Positions 19,511 through 30,057 of a DNA stretch of 31,972 nucleotides are shown piece by piece. Origin of the DNA: Asterionella formosa (taxonomy: Eukaryota); NCBI GenBank assembly GCA_002256025.1, contig NKIB01010224.1, positions 62,001-93,972 on the forward strand, written 5' to 3'. How positions within the stretch are numbered: position 1 is the first letter of the stretch; the number at the start of each line of letters is the position of its first letter. The translations under genes and the position numbers were made by a program. The notes below the pieces were generated by a model. That model searched no databases. It was not told the DNA's origin and worked only from the letters and a program-made list of their open reading frames with translations.

Positions 19511-19947
19511 ATGTACCCACCCAGGAGTGGAATCTGTATTTTGTTTTATTATTTTAAACCTACCAGTAATGTAATTCAGTTCATATCACTGCACACTCCA
19601 TGTCTTGGTACTATGTAGCTCTAGGGAAGAGTTTGAGAAGGGCACATGCATGGGGTTTATAACTAGAAAGTTTATTCTGTTCTTGCAAACGAGAGGAGAG
19701 TACCAGTATGATCGCATACTAAAAAAGGTCATGTGGGGCGTAAATCTCCGTGGCGAAGAAATTGAATCGCTCAGAAAAGAACCCAAATAAAAAATGAATT
19801 TCTTTGATTCGTGTGATTTGTGAGGAACGTCGCAAGTAAATTGACCATGACAAGAACGCGTGAAAATATCCCAGGTCATCTTCTTTGCTGATTTTGCTGC
19901 CAATGCATGTCCATCATTCGCTTGGCCCCATTGATCACTGTAGCGTC

Positions 19948-21600
19948 ATGAGTTCGGAATCGCAGTGCAAAATATCCTGGATGATGCTCGGAATTCCGTT
20001 CCTTCTCGCGGGACCTGTGCAATCCGTCTTTCCAGCACCGAAATTTGAAGATTACTCGTCCAGCAATGCATCGTTTGTACTGACATTCGAGCCAACTAGC
20101 AATATCCAAAGCTTCATGCCGACGACGCCCCTTGACATACTGACGGAGGCTATGAAACGCTTCATAGCACGCACAGCGCTGGCTGTTCCCGATTTCGAAC
20201 AGGACTACGAAGTGAATCCGCTCCACCTGCGGCTCCAACCACTCGATACATTCCGATTCAACCCTTTCGATCATTCCACCAGCTTAGATCAAGACACTGA
20301 TGAATCTTATCTCCTGGAGATCGACTCAGAGGTGACCATCACGACAGCCACAGTCTTTGGAGCCATTCGCGCGCTCGAGACTCTCGCACAACTTTTGCAG
20401 TTTGGGTGGCTAGACGATCATGGCAGGCCCATCTTTTTGATACATAAAACACCCGTGTCCATCAAGGATAGCCCCACATTTGTCTATCGAGGCCTTTTGA
20501 TTGACACGTCTCGGCACTATTTACCTATTCCCTTGCTTCTGGCTAATTTAGATGCCATGGCAATGAACAAACTCAATGTCTTGCATTGGCACATGACGGA
20601 CGATCAGTCCTGGCCCTTTCAAAGCACACACTACCCAGAACTTTCTGAACAAGGGGCATTTCATCCTAAACGAATATATTCTCACTCGGACATTTTACAT
20701 GTGATTCAAGAGGCAAAGTTGCGAGGGATTCGTGTCATTCCGGAATTTGATATGCCGGGGCACACGGATGCGGTAGCTATCTCACATCCAGAGCTAATGT
20801 CTCATTGTCCGTTTGCTGGTGATCCAATGGATCCAACCAATGAAGACACATGGACGTTCATTTCGAATTTATATCACGAGATTGGGGACTTATTTCAGGA
20901 CCATTATGTACACCTTGGGGGTGACGAAGTTCCATTGGATTGTTGGGGAAATGATACTTCGATTGAAGCCTGGATGAAGTTGAACCATGTGGACGATGTT
21001 GTGGACCTGTTTAAGATATTCGAGAAACGCCTATTAGCTGTCATAGAAAAACTCGGAAAGAAGGCGATTGTTTGGCAGGAAGTGTTTGATTTGGGCGTCC
21101 CAATTGCCAATGATACCATTGTGGACGTCTGGAAGGACTGGGATGGGCAAGAAGGAAGCACTATACATCAAGCAACATCAGCGGGATACCCAGTCATCTT
21201 GTCGGCGTGCTGGTACTTGGATCACTTAAATGAAAGATGGCAAGACTATTACCAGTGCGACCCCATAGGCTTCAATTTGACCCTGGCTCAGCAAGAACTA
21301 ATAATTGGTGGTCATGCTAGCATGTGGGGCGAACATGTAGATCCCAGTAACTTTATGAGTAGAGTCTGGCCAAGAGCATCTGCAGCAGCAGAAAAATTGT
21401 GGACAGGGACTGATACGAAGGCGTCAGCGACCGTGTCTGATCGGATTCATGCTTTTCGGTGCCATATGCTTCGTCAAGGGATCCAGGCCGGACCAACAGG
21501 GCCAGGATATTGTGACAAGGAGCCAGGATTTCAACTTCATGGTGCTTCAATAGAATGGAACGAAATTGATTTGCAATTATCAATGCAGAGATACGTTTGA
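19948..21600 (+). CDS. Beta-N-acetylhexosaminidase (glycoside hydrolase family 20), secreted or lysosomal
   Basis: DESY.L.I, YRGLLIDTSRHY, NKLNVLHWH, RVIPEFDMPGH, catalytic HLGGDE, WYLD, MWGE, WPRA.A.AE.LW. Signal-like MMLGIPFLLAGPVQS. Start could be 19903, 19948 or 19981. Confidence 0.95.
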   Translation: MSSESQCKISWMMLGIPFLLAGPVQSVFPAPKFEDYSSSNASFVLTFEPTSNIQSFMPTTPLDILTEAMKRFIARTALAVPDFEQDYEVNPLHLRLQPLDTFRFNPFDHSTSLDQDTDESYLLEIDSEVTITTATVFGAIRALETLAQLLQFGWLDDHGRPIFLIHKTPVSIKDSPTFVYRGLLIDTSRHYLPIPLLLANLDAMAMNKLNVLHWHMTDDQSWPFQSTHYPELSEQGAFHPKRIYSHSDILHVIQEAKLRGIRVIPEFDMPGHTDAVAISHPELMSHCPFAGDPMDPTNEDTWTFISNLYHEIGDLFQDHYVHLGGDEVPLDCWGNDTSIEAWMKLNHVDDVVDLFKIFEKRLLAVIEKLGKKAIVWQEVFDLGVPIANDTIVDVWKDWDGQEGSTIHQATSAGYPVILSACWYLDHLNERWQDYYQCDPIGFNLTLAQQELIIGGHASMWGEHVDPSNFMSRVWPRASAAAEKLWTGTDTKASATVSDRIHAFRCHMLRQGIQAGPTGPGYCDKEPGFQLHGASIEWNEIDLQLSMQRYV

Positions 21601-21832
21601 CAAAATGTATCAGAGGCGCTTGAGCCTCGAGTACTAGCTGCTGTAAACCACATCGGATAGCGTGTCAACCTTAAGCACGCCTGTTGTAATAAGCTCGAAA
21701 AGACTATTATAAAAGCCATCTGCCGCGAAAAAGCAGGACTGAGCTCCTGGTCACTTTCTTTCGCTAGCTTCAAAGCTGGTGCTTAATAAAACCATAACAA
21801 ATTCATAGGCTGACTAATAGTGCCTACCGGTA

Positions 21833-22985
21833 TCAGTCTATGATTCTAGGCCACGATGCTTGTTCCACCTTCTCCATAGTGACTACGAGTCGTTGTGTAT
21901 CTTTGTCCTTGTCAAGGGTCCACGTGCATCCATCGGTGTCAACACGTTCAAATAGGTCAAGTGCAAGAATGACTTCGTTCCTACATTTGATATGAATAGC
22001 CTGTGGCAAATATCTAACCGATATGTCTTTCGCAGCGACTCCCACTGGAACTGGTACAACCAGCTCGAGTTCTTCGTCGTTCTGCGTCCATGAGTACCCG
22101 TCTTCTGTTTTGGCAACTCCATCTTCGCCATCTTTTGACGCTTGGACGTCATTTCGTCCAGTTATTTGATTCATGGATGTTTGATATTCTAGATTTTCCA
22201 TGGTAGCTCGTTGCATCCACAGCGCATGACCATCGGTGTCTGCTCCCAGTGCAAATGGTAGATTTTTAATGTATGGTTTTGACTTGACTCGCCCCAGAAA
22301 GACATCGCCGTAAAAGGTAGGAGCTGGATTGAACCCACACCGCGTGGCAAAGTGACTCGCCCTTGTATTTAGTGCAAGTCTCTTGAGCATGCCCGCTTCG
22401 TCCAGATAAATATTGACAGTCACAAAATGGTTGGAAGGTGTAGGTTTGACCAATGCGAATGTTTCCACCGACCCTTCCTGTGCGACTTTTTTCATGGCGT
22501 CCTCCGAAACTTGAGCCGGTGAGTCCGCCGATCCAAACGTTTGCACCTTGTTGTTGAGCAGCAATGTCAAATCCACGTCCTTTCCGGCAGATAGAGATGC
22601 AAAAATTGGTTTCAAATGTATCGCGAGTTGATCACCAGCACCTGCGTGTATGGGGCAGTCAAATGTGAGCTCCGAGAGTGGCATCGAGGTGTCGGCGGGA
22701 ACATGAACGAAGGAGACGACATCGAACTCGTCGCCGTCGAGGAGTTGGTCTGGCTCGTTCATAATCTTGGCTATTTCCGCAGCCTTGCGATCTTCTGGAG
22801 TCTCGACAAGGACACCCTGTGACAAACGTGCATAGAAGAATGCGGTGATTAGAGAGAGTTGGTCCATTGGGCTCCGCAGTCCTAGCAACACGGACTCTTC
22901 GTCCATGCACAACACTTACTCGTTCTCGAAGCCACGCCGTGCGTTCGGCGGTAGACATGTCATCTTTCTCGTCGGAGTCTGACAT
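21833..22985 (-). CDS. CS (p23/NudC-like) domain protein, 349 aa; exons 22985-22920 and 22816-21833
   Basis: C-terminal CS domain YSWTQNDEELEL...KDISV...LDLFERVDTDGCTWTL...LVVTMEK...WPR. Intron GTAAGT...CTAAT...CAG joins ...WLRER to GVLVET in frame. Confidence 0.85.
22817..22919 (-). other. Spliceosomal intron of the CS-domain gene (103 nt)
   Basis: Minus-strand GTAAGT donor at 22919, CTAAT branch, CAG acceptor ending at 22817; phase 0. Confidence 0.85.
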
Positions 22986-23454
22986 TGCGGGATTTGTGGT
23001 ACTTTAGTATCAGTATTGACTACTGATCCAGCAGAGCAGTTGCTGGATTAATTTAGGCTCTTGCTTTTTTGGCGGGGGAATTGCCACTGGTACCAGGTAC
23101 CGGGACTCTAAAGAAACGAAACGCTTGCTTCCATTGAGCTCCATAACAGCAATTTTTCATTCTTCTAATGTTGTCAATACTGTAATACATAGAAAGAAAT
23201 GTATTTAATATTAACTTTATATTTTTGTTTGCAGTATTCTATGAATCATACGACAGATGTATAGCTACGTAAAATAAATGTGAATATCGTCTACAAATGC
23301 ATGATTGCTTGAAACCTTCCCTGGTTTGTTAATAGTCCATCGCACATCATACCGGTAACAATATAGTCTACGGGTATCAATGTTCAAGCCTATCATACAG
23401 TTTTGTTGATTCTTCTGCCATCATCAGCGAGAGTCTATACTTACTATCTATCTT

Positions 23455-23694
23455 ATGGGATCGAAATCGTCGAAACCAGACACGCCACAGATTTGTGTGG
23501 ATTGTGACAAGAAGAATCAAAAGGATTTACCGACGGAAGATGCCACCAGTTCAGAGGGCTCACCATGCGCGAGTTTATACGTGAAAGTGTCGTCATGTAT
23601 GGAATCGAATAATGGCCAAATATCAGCATGCGTGAAGGAGTGGAAATGGTTTCAGGACTGTCACGATCGTAACAGAACGTTGCCGGATAGGTGA
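23455..23694 (+). CDS. Small twin-CX9C (CHCH-type) protein with predicted N-myristoylation, 79 aa
   Basis: C-ASLYVKVSS-C and C-VKEWKWFQD-C (both CX9C), an extra CVDC, N-terminus MGSKSS. Confidence 0.75.
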   Translation: MGSKSSKPDTPQICVDCDKKNQKDLPTEDATSSEGSPCASLYVKVSSCMESNNGQISACVKEWKWFQDCHDRNRTLPDR

Positions 23695-24208
23695 CTGGGC
23701 GAAATAGTCTCAGAATGCCGGTAATCACTACGATTGGAAAGTTCCCAGTATGTAGTCGGATGCTTGGAACCTACATGTATTGTCTGCGGAAGTTGCCTAA
23801 TACTTAACTAATCTGAGAACAGTAGAGTATACATAAGGAAGGCTCTTAAGCGCGCTTCCTCTAGAAAGAAAGACATCGAAATGGCATATACTTACAGCAT
23901 TCAATTCCTTCCGATTCATTCTAATAGCAAGAGTGTGAGAAAACAACCTGGTATTTCCTTATCTAGCGGTAGTTGAATCGTCAAAGCAAATAGTGATAAT
24001 GCTGACTTGGCTCGTCCCGTATCGATCTCATCATGGACTTTTTCTTGTAGTACCTAGACGTTCAGGACCACTTTGTAATGTGTTGCACCCCGGTATTTAT
24101 TTTCTTTTACTAGACGTTAGTTGCTGTCACTGCGCTCTGTCGGCGTCATGGGTGCTGTCCATCAACACCACAGCATCTGACAATGACAGTTCGTTACTCG
24201 CTATATGG

Positions 24209-25290
24209 TTACTTCATCTTTTCCGCGACAATCTTCTCAAGCTTGACAATATCTGCGGCAAAGTTGCGGATACCCTCAGCAAGTTTCTCCGTAGCCATTG
24301 GGCTCTCGTTCATCATCCAGCGAAACTTATTTTCATCGATATCAATCTTTCCAATTTCCATGTCCTTTGATTTTGACGCATCCAGCTTCTTTGTGAGTGG
24401 CTCCATCGAATCATTGAGCTTTTCAAGAAGTTCTGGAGCAATGGTCAGACGATCGCATCCAACCAACTGATGGATCTCGTCGACATTACGGAAGGAAGCT
24501 CCCATGACAATAGTTTTGTGTCCGTATTTCTTGTAGTAGTTGTAAATAGCAGTGACTGAAATGACTCCAGGGTCCTCTTCCGGGGCGAATCCATCCACCT
24601 TCTGGTCCTTCTTGTACCAGTCCATGATGCGCCCAACAAAGGGAGAGATGAGAGTGCAGTCAGCTTCCGCACAAGCCACAGCCTGAGCGATGCTAAAAAT
24701 AAGAGTCAAGTTGCAGGTGATTCCTTCCTTTTCCAGAACTTTAGCAGCCTTGATGCCCTCCCAAGTGGCGGCAATCTTGACCAAAATACGGCTCTTGGGA
24801 ACGCCAGCCTCCTTGTACAATTCGATGATACTGCGGGCCTTGGCAATGGTGGCTTCTGTGTCAAACGAAAGCCGAGCATCTACCTCGGTCGATACGTACC
24901 CCGGAACTATCTTGGTGATTTCAATACCAAAGTTGACAGCAAGCTTGTCCTATAAGAATCAACAGAGATTCGTGATGAGATCGCTCGAAACATTAGTACT
25001 AGGGGACACCGATTGATAGCCGCGAATCTATGGCGCACAACGAGGGTCTTCCTAGAAATTTTTGTGTCCACCATCACGAAATAACTTACCATAACTACCG
25101 AGATGTCTCCCTTTCCGTAAGCAATGGCTTCATCAACGAGGCTCTGGTATTCAGGCATGAGGGCAGCTTTGTAGATCAGCGAAGGGTTAGTGGTTGCATC
25201 TTGAGGCTTGAGACGTCTAATGGCGTCAACGTCACCAGTGTCTGCGACGACAATGGTGTGCTCCTTGAGCTGTTCGAATTGGGAACTCAT
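24209..25290 (-). CDS. TAL: Transaldolase, 313 aa; exons 25290-25090 and 24949-24209
   Basis: [30 protein letters not shown], active-site [40 protein letters not shown]. Intron GTAAGT...TAG joins VVM to DKLAVNFG. Confidence 0.97.
24950..25089 (-). other. Spliceosomal intron of transaldolase (140 nt)
   Basis: GTAAGT donor at 25089, TAG acceptor ending at 24950; phase 0, restores the frame. Confidence 0.9.
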
Positions 25291-25551
25291 GGTTTTGTTT
25301 GTGTTTTTTGTTACTGAATGAACAAAAGCAGTGGACGAACGATGTTTGGTTGGCAGATGAGAAAATATTATGAGAACCATGAAAATTTGTTTGACAAGGT
25401 TTCTAGCGAACAAACCTCGCTTCACAAACCGAAATGACTGTACATGAATACCAGGGCCTTAGTACCAGGGACACACATGTGTTGTTGTACCAACCAGGTC
25501 GTTCCTTCCTTGAATGCTCCTACACATCATAATAGGAACCAGTGCTCGGTT

Positions 25552-25824
25552 CCTGGTACCTGGTAGGTATACTGGTACCAGGTACCAGGTAGTACCGCAC
25601 CAGGTATCAGCAAGATCTTCAAAGCGCAGAGGAAGCCGATAGAAAAGATCCCGGCCAACAACTCACGGTCTAACCATCGCTCAGAGTCTGCAGATATCAT
25701 TACGTAGACCTGGTAGTCTACTGGTATGTATGTATATCAGGTATTCTAGAGATTGTTCTAAAGGTAGTATGCATCCATACCGGTATAATTGCTTGTTGGT
25801 TTATTTGTACCAGGTACCAGGTAC
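25552..25824. repeat. Dense TACCWGGTA / TACCGGTA cluster in the TAL / METTL24-like divergent intergenic region
   Basis: cctggtacctggtaggtatactggtaccaggtaccaggtagtaccgcaccaggta (25552-25606), taccggta at 25778, gtaccaggtaccaggtac at 25807-25824. Confidence 0.8.
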
Positions 25825-26059
25825 TTTCTGCTGCAACATGATGCCTACCACCTACCAATATATGGCACCTTGTTTGTACGCAGTCAACGTATATTGTAGG
25901 TAATTTGAAAACCGGGAAATAATTTCTCCAACAATGCACATAGGGGAACAATACAGTTATATCCCGCTATGGTTGATATATGTATGGAAAGTTCACCCTG
26001 CTAATGCTCCTTCGCTCTTCAGTTCGCTCTCCAACAAAGTTAATCCCAGTGGCCTTCCG

Positions 26060-27052
26060 ATGTTATTTGCACGATATGCTCCATCAAAATGGCACTTTCT
26101 ATTTATTTTGACGTGGTGCATTGAAACCTGTCGATTTTTCTTCAGCAATTGCAACGGCGCACTGATGATTGCAATCGACAAAGTAGCCAACACAACAGGT
26201 GGCACTGCTTCACTACTTGCCATGGATGATTCCTTTGGATTTTTCAACAACATTCCCAATGACCGTTGGGAGCATCGTCGCGACGTTGCAAGGAATCACA
26301 AAGATTGGCTATCCGGTCGAAACAGACAACTTGCAAGTATATATTTTATTGAAAATTACTTTCCTTTTTTCACTTGTTCCATCACAAGACGATTCAGCGA
26401 CCGCGTTCGAGAAATTTGTGGACCAAAGCGAATTATACAAGTCGCCACCGAGCAGAAGAGAAAATGTTTGGTCTATTCCTTTGATTATCAAAACTTTTAT
26501 CAATGGGAGGTGGACTTAAATACCTTGGTCAACCGAGAATGTGAAATTCATATCTTTCATCCACTGCAAAAGCCCATGGAGCAGTTCAAAGATCTCAATA
26601 TCCGCGTACACCCATGGTTCCTTTCTGGAACACGCGACGCTTTGCAAAGTTCCAGTGCAGAAGATAGTGACCGATTGCTCGATAAGGTGTTGACTGATGG
26701 TCAAAGTAAGAGTTTATTGGAGACCATGACCAAACTTGGTCACTCGGATAGAATTCTAGATGTCCTACGCGTGGATTGTGCCGGCTGTGAGTTTCATGTG
26801 TACAAGGAGTGGCTTGATGTGGATATTCGACAACTATTGGTCACGACGTACAACGCCCCCAAACTTCTGGTGACGCAGTTTTTCTCAGACATTCAACTAC
26901 ATGGATATGCAAGTTATAGCAAAGAGCCTGACATTCATCCTTCGTACAAAAATAAAAAGATACTGAAAATATATTGGGGTATGATTAAACTCAAGCCATC
27001 ATTTCGAGATTTCAAGAATCTTCACAGCAACTATCAACACAAACAACAATGA
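26060..27052 (+). CDS. METTL24-like (Methyltransf_22 / FkbM-like) protein with degenerate motifs
   Basis: SFGFF.NIP...W, CLVYSF, CEIHIF.P, M.KLGH..R.LD...DC.GCE, RQLLV, KEP. N-terminal hydrophobic anchor after M at 26060; an upstream in-frame ATG at 25934 is also possible. Confidence 0.75.
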   Translation: MLFARYAPSKWHFLFILTWCIETCRFFFSNCNGALMIAIDKVANTTGGTASLLAMDDSFGFFNNIPNDRWEHRRDVARNHKDWLSGRNRQLASIYFIENYFPFFTCSITRRFSDRVREICGPKRIIQVATEQKRKCLVYSFDYQNFYQWEVDLNTLVNRECEIHIFHPLQKPMEQFKDLNIRVHPWFLSGTRDALQSSSAEDSDRLLDKVLTDGQSKSLLETMTKLGHSDRILDVLRVDCAGCEFHVYKEWLDVDIRQLLVTTYNAPKLLVTQFFSDIQLHGYASYSKEPDIHPSYKNKKILKIYWGMIKLKPSFRDFKNLHSNYQHKQQ

Positions 27053-28439
27053 CCCTTGGAATTCGTGCATGGTGACATCATGGCGTCCGTTATGAATGAC
27101 GACTTTGTTGAACTCTGATTCCAGATTGTTTGAATCGCTTCCTATTGTAGTATATTTGGAAAAACATGAAAATCACTATTGCAGTCTATGTGCACTTGGC
27201 ACCTGGAAAATAATTTTGGTAGGTCTGCAAACACTGACATGCATCGAGATATCCTCGCAAAACCAGCTTTTGAATATGGCATACCCCTTCTTAACTATTT
27301 ATCCTTCCTTGGCATATGATTCGTTGAAATTTATTTTTGATTCCCAAAAAATCATAAAGTGGAAGACAGCCAGAACCTAGTATGCTTTTTCCCTTACTGT
27401 TTGAAGTTGCCGATTCCATTGTTACTTGAATACAAAAGGTTCACTTTGCTGTTGGAGCATTTTTACTTTGACCAGCTATGTATGCTTTGTAGAAATAGAA
27501 CCAAGAACAAAACTACTGGGGCATCCTTGTAGCAGCTACTCCTCCTCTCCTGTATAGTCTACTAGACTACTCCGAACCACCTAAAAGGTGAGAGTCAACC
27601 TAATGTGCCATTCATTATTGAGAGTCATCCTTTAATGAAGCAGTCACATGCTTTGTGACAAATATTACAGTTTCATAAAATGATTGATTTTTATTGGAAA
27701 CATCTGGAAGGACTCGTAGACTCTAGATGGTGTTTTCGTAGAATAAGTGAATCTTTTAGTGGTGAGTTCATGTATTTACACACACACAAATTTTAGAACA
27801 AAAATTCTTCCCTGCTGCGCATATGCGACATCTCGCTCTCACTCTCACAAGCCAAGAACAAACCCTCATGAATGAAAGGTTTTTTATATAGTCGTATTTT
27901 GTGGTCGAAATATGTAGTGCATTGAAAGTAACATTAACATAGATAGCAAGAAAGCACTGTAGTGAAGATCAATTTTATAGTTACAGAATGCACAATTAAA
28001 ACAAAGCAACTGAGGGTAAATTTGCACTGATGGTGTTTTTGAACTAACGGTAAGAAATATAATGCACATTTCAGTGCTAGCCAGTAGTATGATTGATTCT
28101 TTAGTTAGTACCACCACACCAGCTTAGAGGAGAATCAGAAAAACCGTAGGGTTTACCTGGACAAGATATTTAGTAAACGGTAGAGTGAAAACAGCTATTC
28201 TACTAAGTAAGGTGGAATAAAATTTTGGAAAGACACTAGGCAGACCATCATTAAGCATTTCTCCATCAAGAATTCAATTCGATGTTAATTAAACTCCTCC
28301 AATTCTTTAGTTGGAACAAATGCTGACAGGACAGGTATGAATAGCTTTTTATCATCTCATTTTTCGATGATTGTTACCATTATTTGGATGATGTTACATG
28401 TGTTGCGCATCCCCACGCACCAGCGCCCTAAGTCACCAC

Positions 28440-29040
28440 GTTTTTTGGATGATCCTGGTGGGTTGGTAAGTTAATATAGAATTACATGAGCATCAGGGCT
28501 GGCAGCGCCAGGAAGCGCTAATCTGATACAGAATCCTATTGTACCACTCTGACTCAGAATGTCCTGCATTGGAAAGCCGCGTAAACTTTGCCCCTCTTCC
28601 CGTTCAGCATGAAGAACTACTAAGAGACATACAATATGGATTTGATGGACATGGAATGCGTCAAGGGTACTAAGGATATTCAGCATTGCAAGGGTAGGTT
28701 TTCCAATGAAACAATCCAATAGGGTGACATCAAGTATGCCGATTGTGAAAGGAGGTCAATGAATGTGTGGGTATGTCCATACTCTCCAACATGAATTGTG
28801 AATTCCGTGGGTCACATGGGGTGCCCTAATGACAAAAACTGAGTATAAAGCTTACCTCAGTAAAATCTTCCATTGCGGGTCTCCATATTGCATCATTTCA
28901 CCTTCTATCACTCCTCCTGCTTTCAAAAGAACACTCCTTTTCTGAAAAGGCCTGTTCAAATGTCAAATGAATGTTGAGAACAGCAGCATATCATTATGAA
29001 CTATCACTTGCTTGGTGATATGATAGCAAAAATGGCAAGC
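28440..29040 (+). mobile_element. Possible highly decayed Helitron Rep fragment
   Basis: In order across frameshifts: WQR/GSA (28500; compare EwQ.RG.pH.H), WVCPYSP (28768), NTPFL/LFKCQMNVE (28930-28978; compare P.Ll..f.CHiNVE). No intact ORF. Confidence 0.3.
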
Positions 29041-29617
29041 AAATAAATCTTACCTCAAAAGCATCCATTGCGGACTATCTCCACAATGTTGCATCATTCT
29101 AAACTTTGTTGGTGCAACAAATCATATGTGAGCTGCTGATAAAAGATTTGTTTATAGTAAGGCAGCTGAAAATCTGTAAGGGGGATGCTAGTTGTAAGGG
29201 TTATCCCCATGTTGAAAATATATTGTTCACAGTGGTGTTGAATGTTGGTGTTTTTATGAATTCAGAGGGTCAAAAATCCTGGCGCAGCCATGACTTCCTC
29301 TTTGTACCAACAGAACCTACAATCTACACGAAAAAATCTGGCGCAGTCTTGCTAAGAACAATTTTGTCGGAAAAAATTTCTGAGGCTACAAGTGTGACTT
29401 GAACAAACATGACAAGAGGGAGAGGACACAGCCAATAGTTTCTACTCCTAATTGCACATGCACTCGATGATCTGCTACCATTAGCCTTGTCCTACTATAG
29501 TAAAAAAATACGCCTGGATTTTATATTGAAAACAATCAACTGATGCGTTAACCAATTCACTCGCATGATGAAATTTTAATCTGTTGTGTCTTCCTCAATT
29601 CTGTGTGATTCGTACAT

Positions 29618-30057
29618 TCAGAGCATTGTAGCAACTGCGTGGCAACGCATTGGTCCCATGCTTGTTCCGCCTAAAAGGAGCTCTTGGATCCCTCAAGTGT
29701 TATTGACTCCTTATGACGTTTTTCTCCTTCTCAGTTCATCTTCTAGAATGGATTCTGTTACTGATTTCACTCCATCTGGCCCTAGTAGCTAATCGGTTTC
29801 CAGTCAAATACAGTTTGGTCACAGCGCACCCTCTCCTGATCCCATCAGCCAACGCCATGGCTCCTTCTTCCTGCACGTGATTCCCTGCCAAGTAGAGCGT
29901 AGTATGCAAGGCAGATCCAAACAAAGCACGTGCCTATGATCTAATCCCATCATCGCCGACTTGGTTGAACTCAAGATCCAACTATCCCAAAGCGCAGTGT
30001 GTTGAAATCCCGACAGCCAATGTATTAAAACATACCTTCGTTGCCCAAGTTGTTGTA
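29618..30057 (-). pseudogene. Leucine-rich repeat (ribonuclease-inhibitor/NLRC3-type) pseudogene fragment
   Basis: YNNLGNEG / LDLEFNQVGDDGIRS*ARAL / TLYLAGNHVQEEGAMALADGI / VTKLYLTGNRL-GPDGVKSV / IQELLLGGTSMGP; several stops and frameshifts. Confidence 0.85.

Noticed and set aside
19586..19903. Small ORFs between the putative TF and the hexosaminidase
   Set aside because: Non-ATG starts, no motifs; probably UTR or promoter sequence
23067..23080. E2F-like TTTGGCGGGGGAA upstream of the CS-domain gene
   Set aside because: Only a partial match, and the adjacent genes have no evident cell-cycle role
27096..28117. Short ORFs downstream of the METTL24-like gene
   Set aside because: AT-rich, no domain signatures
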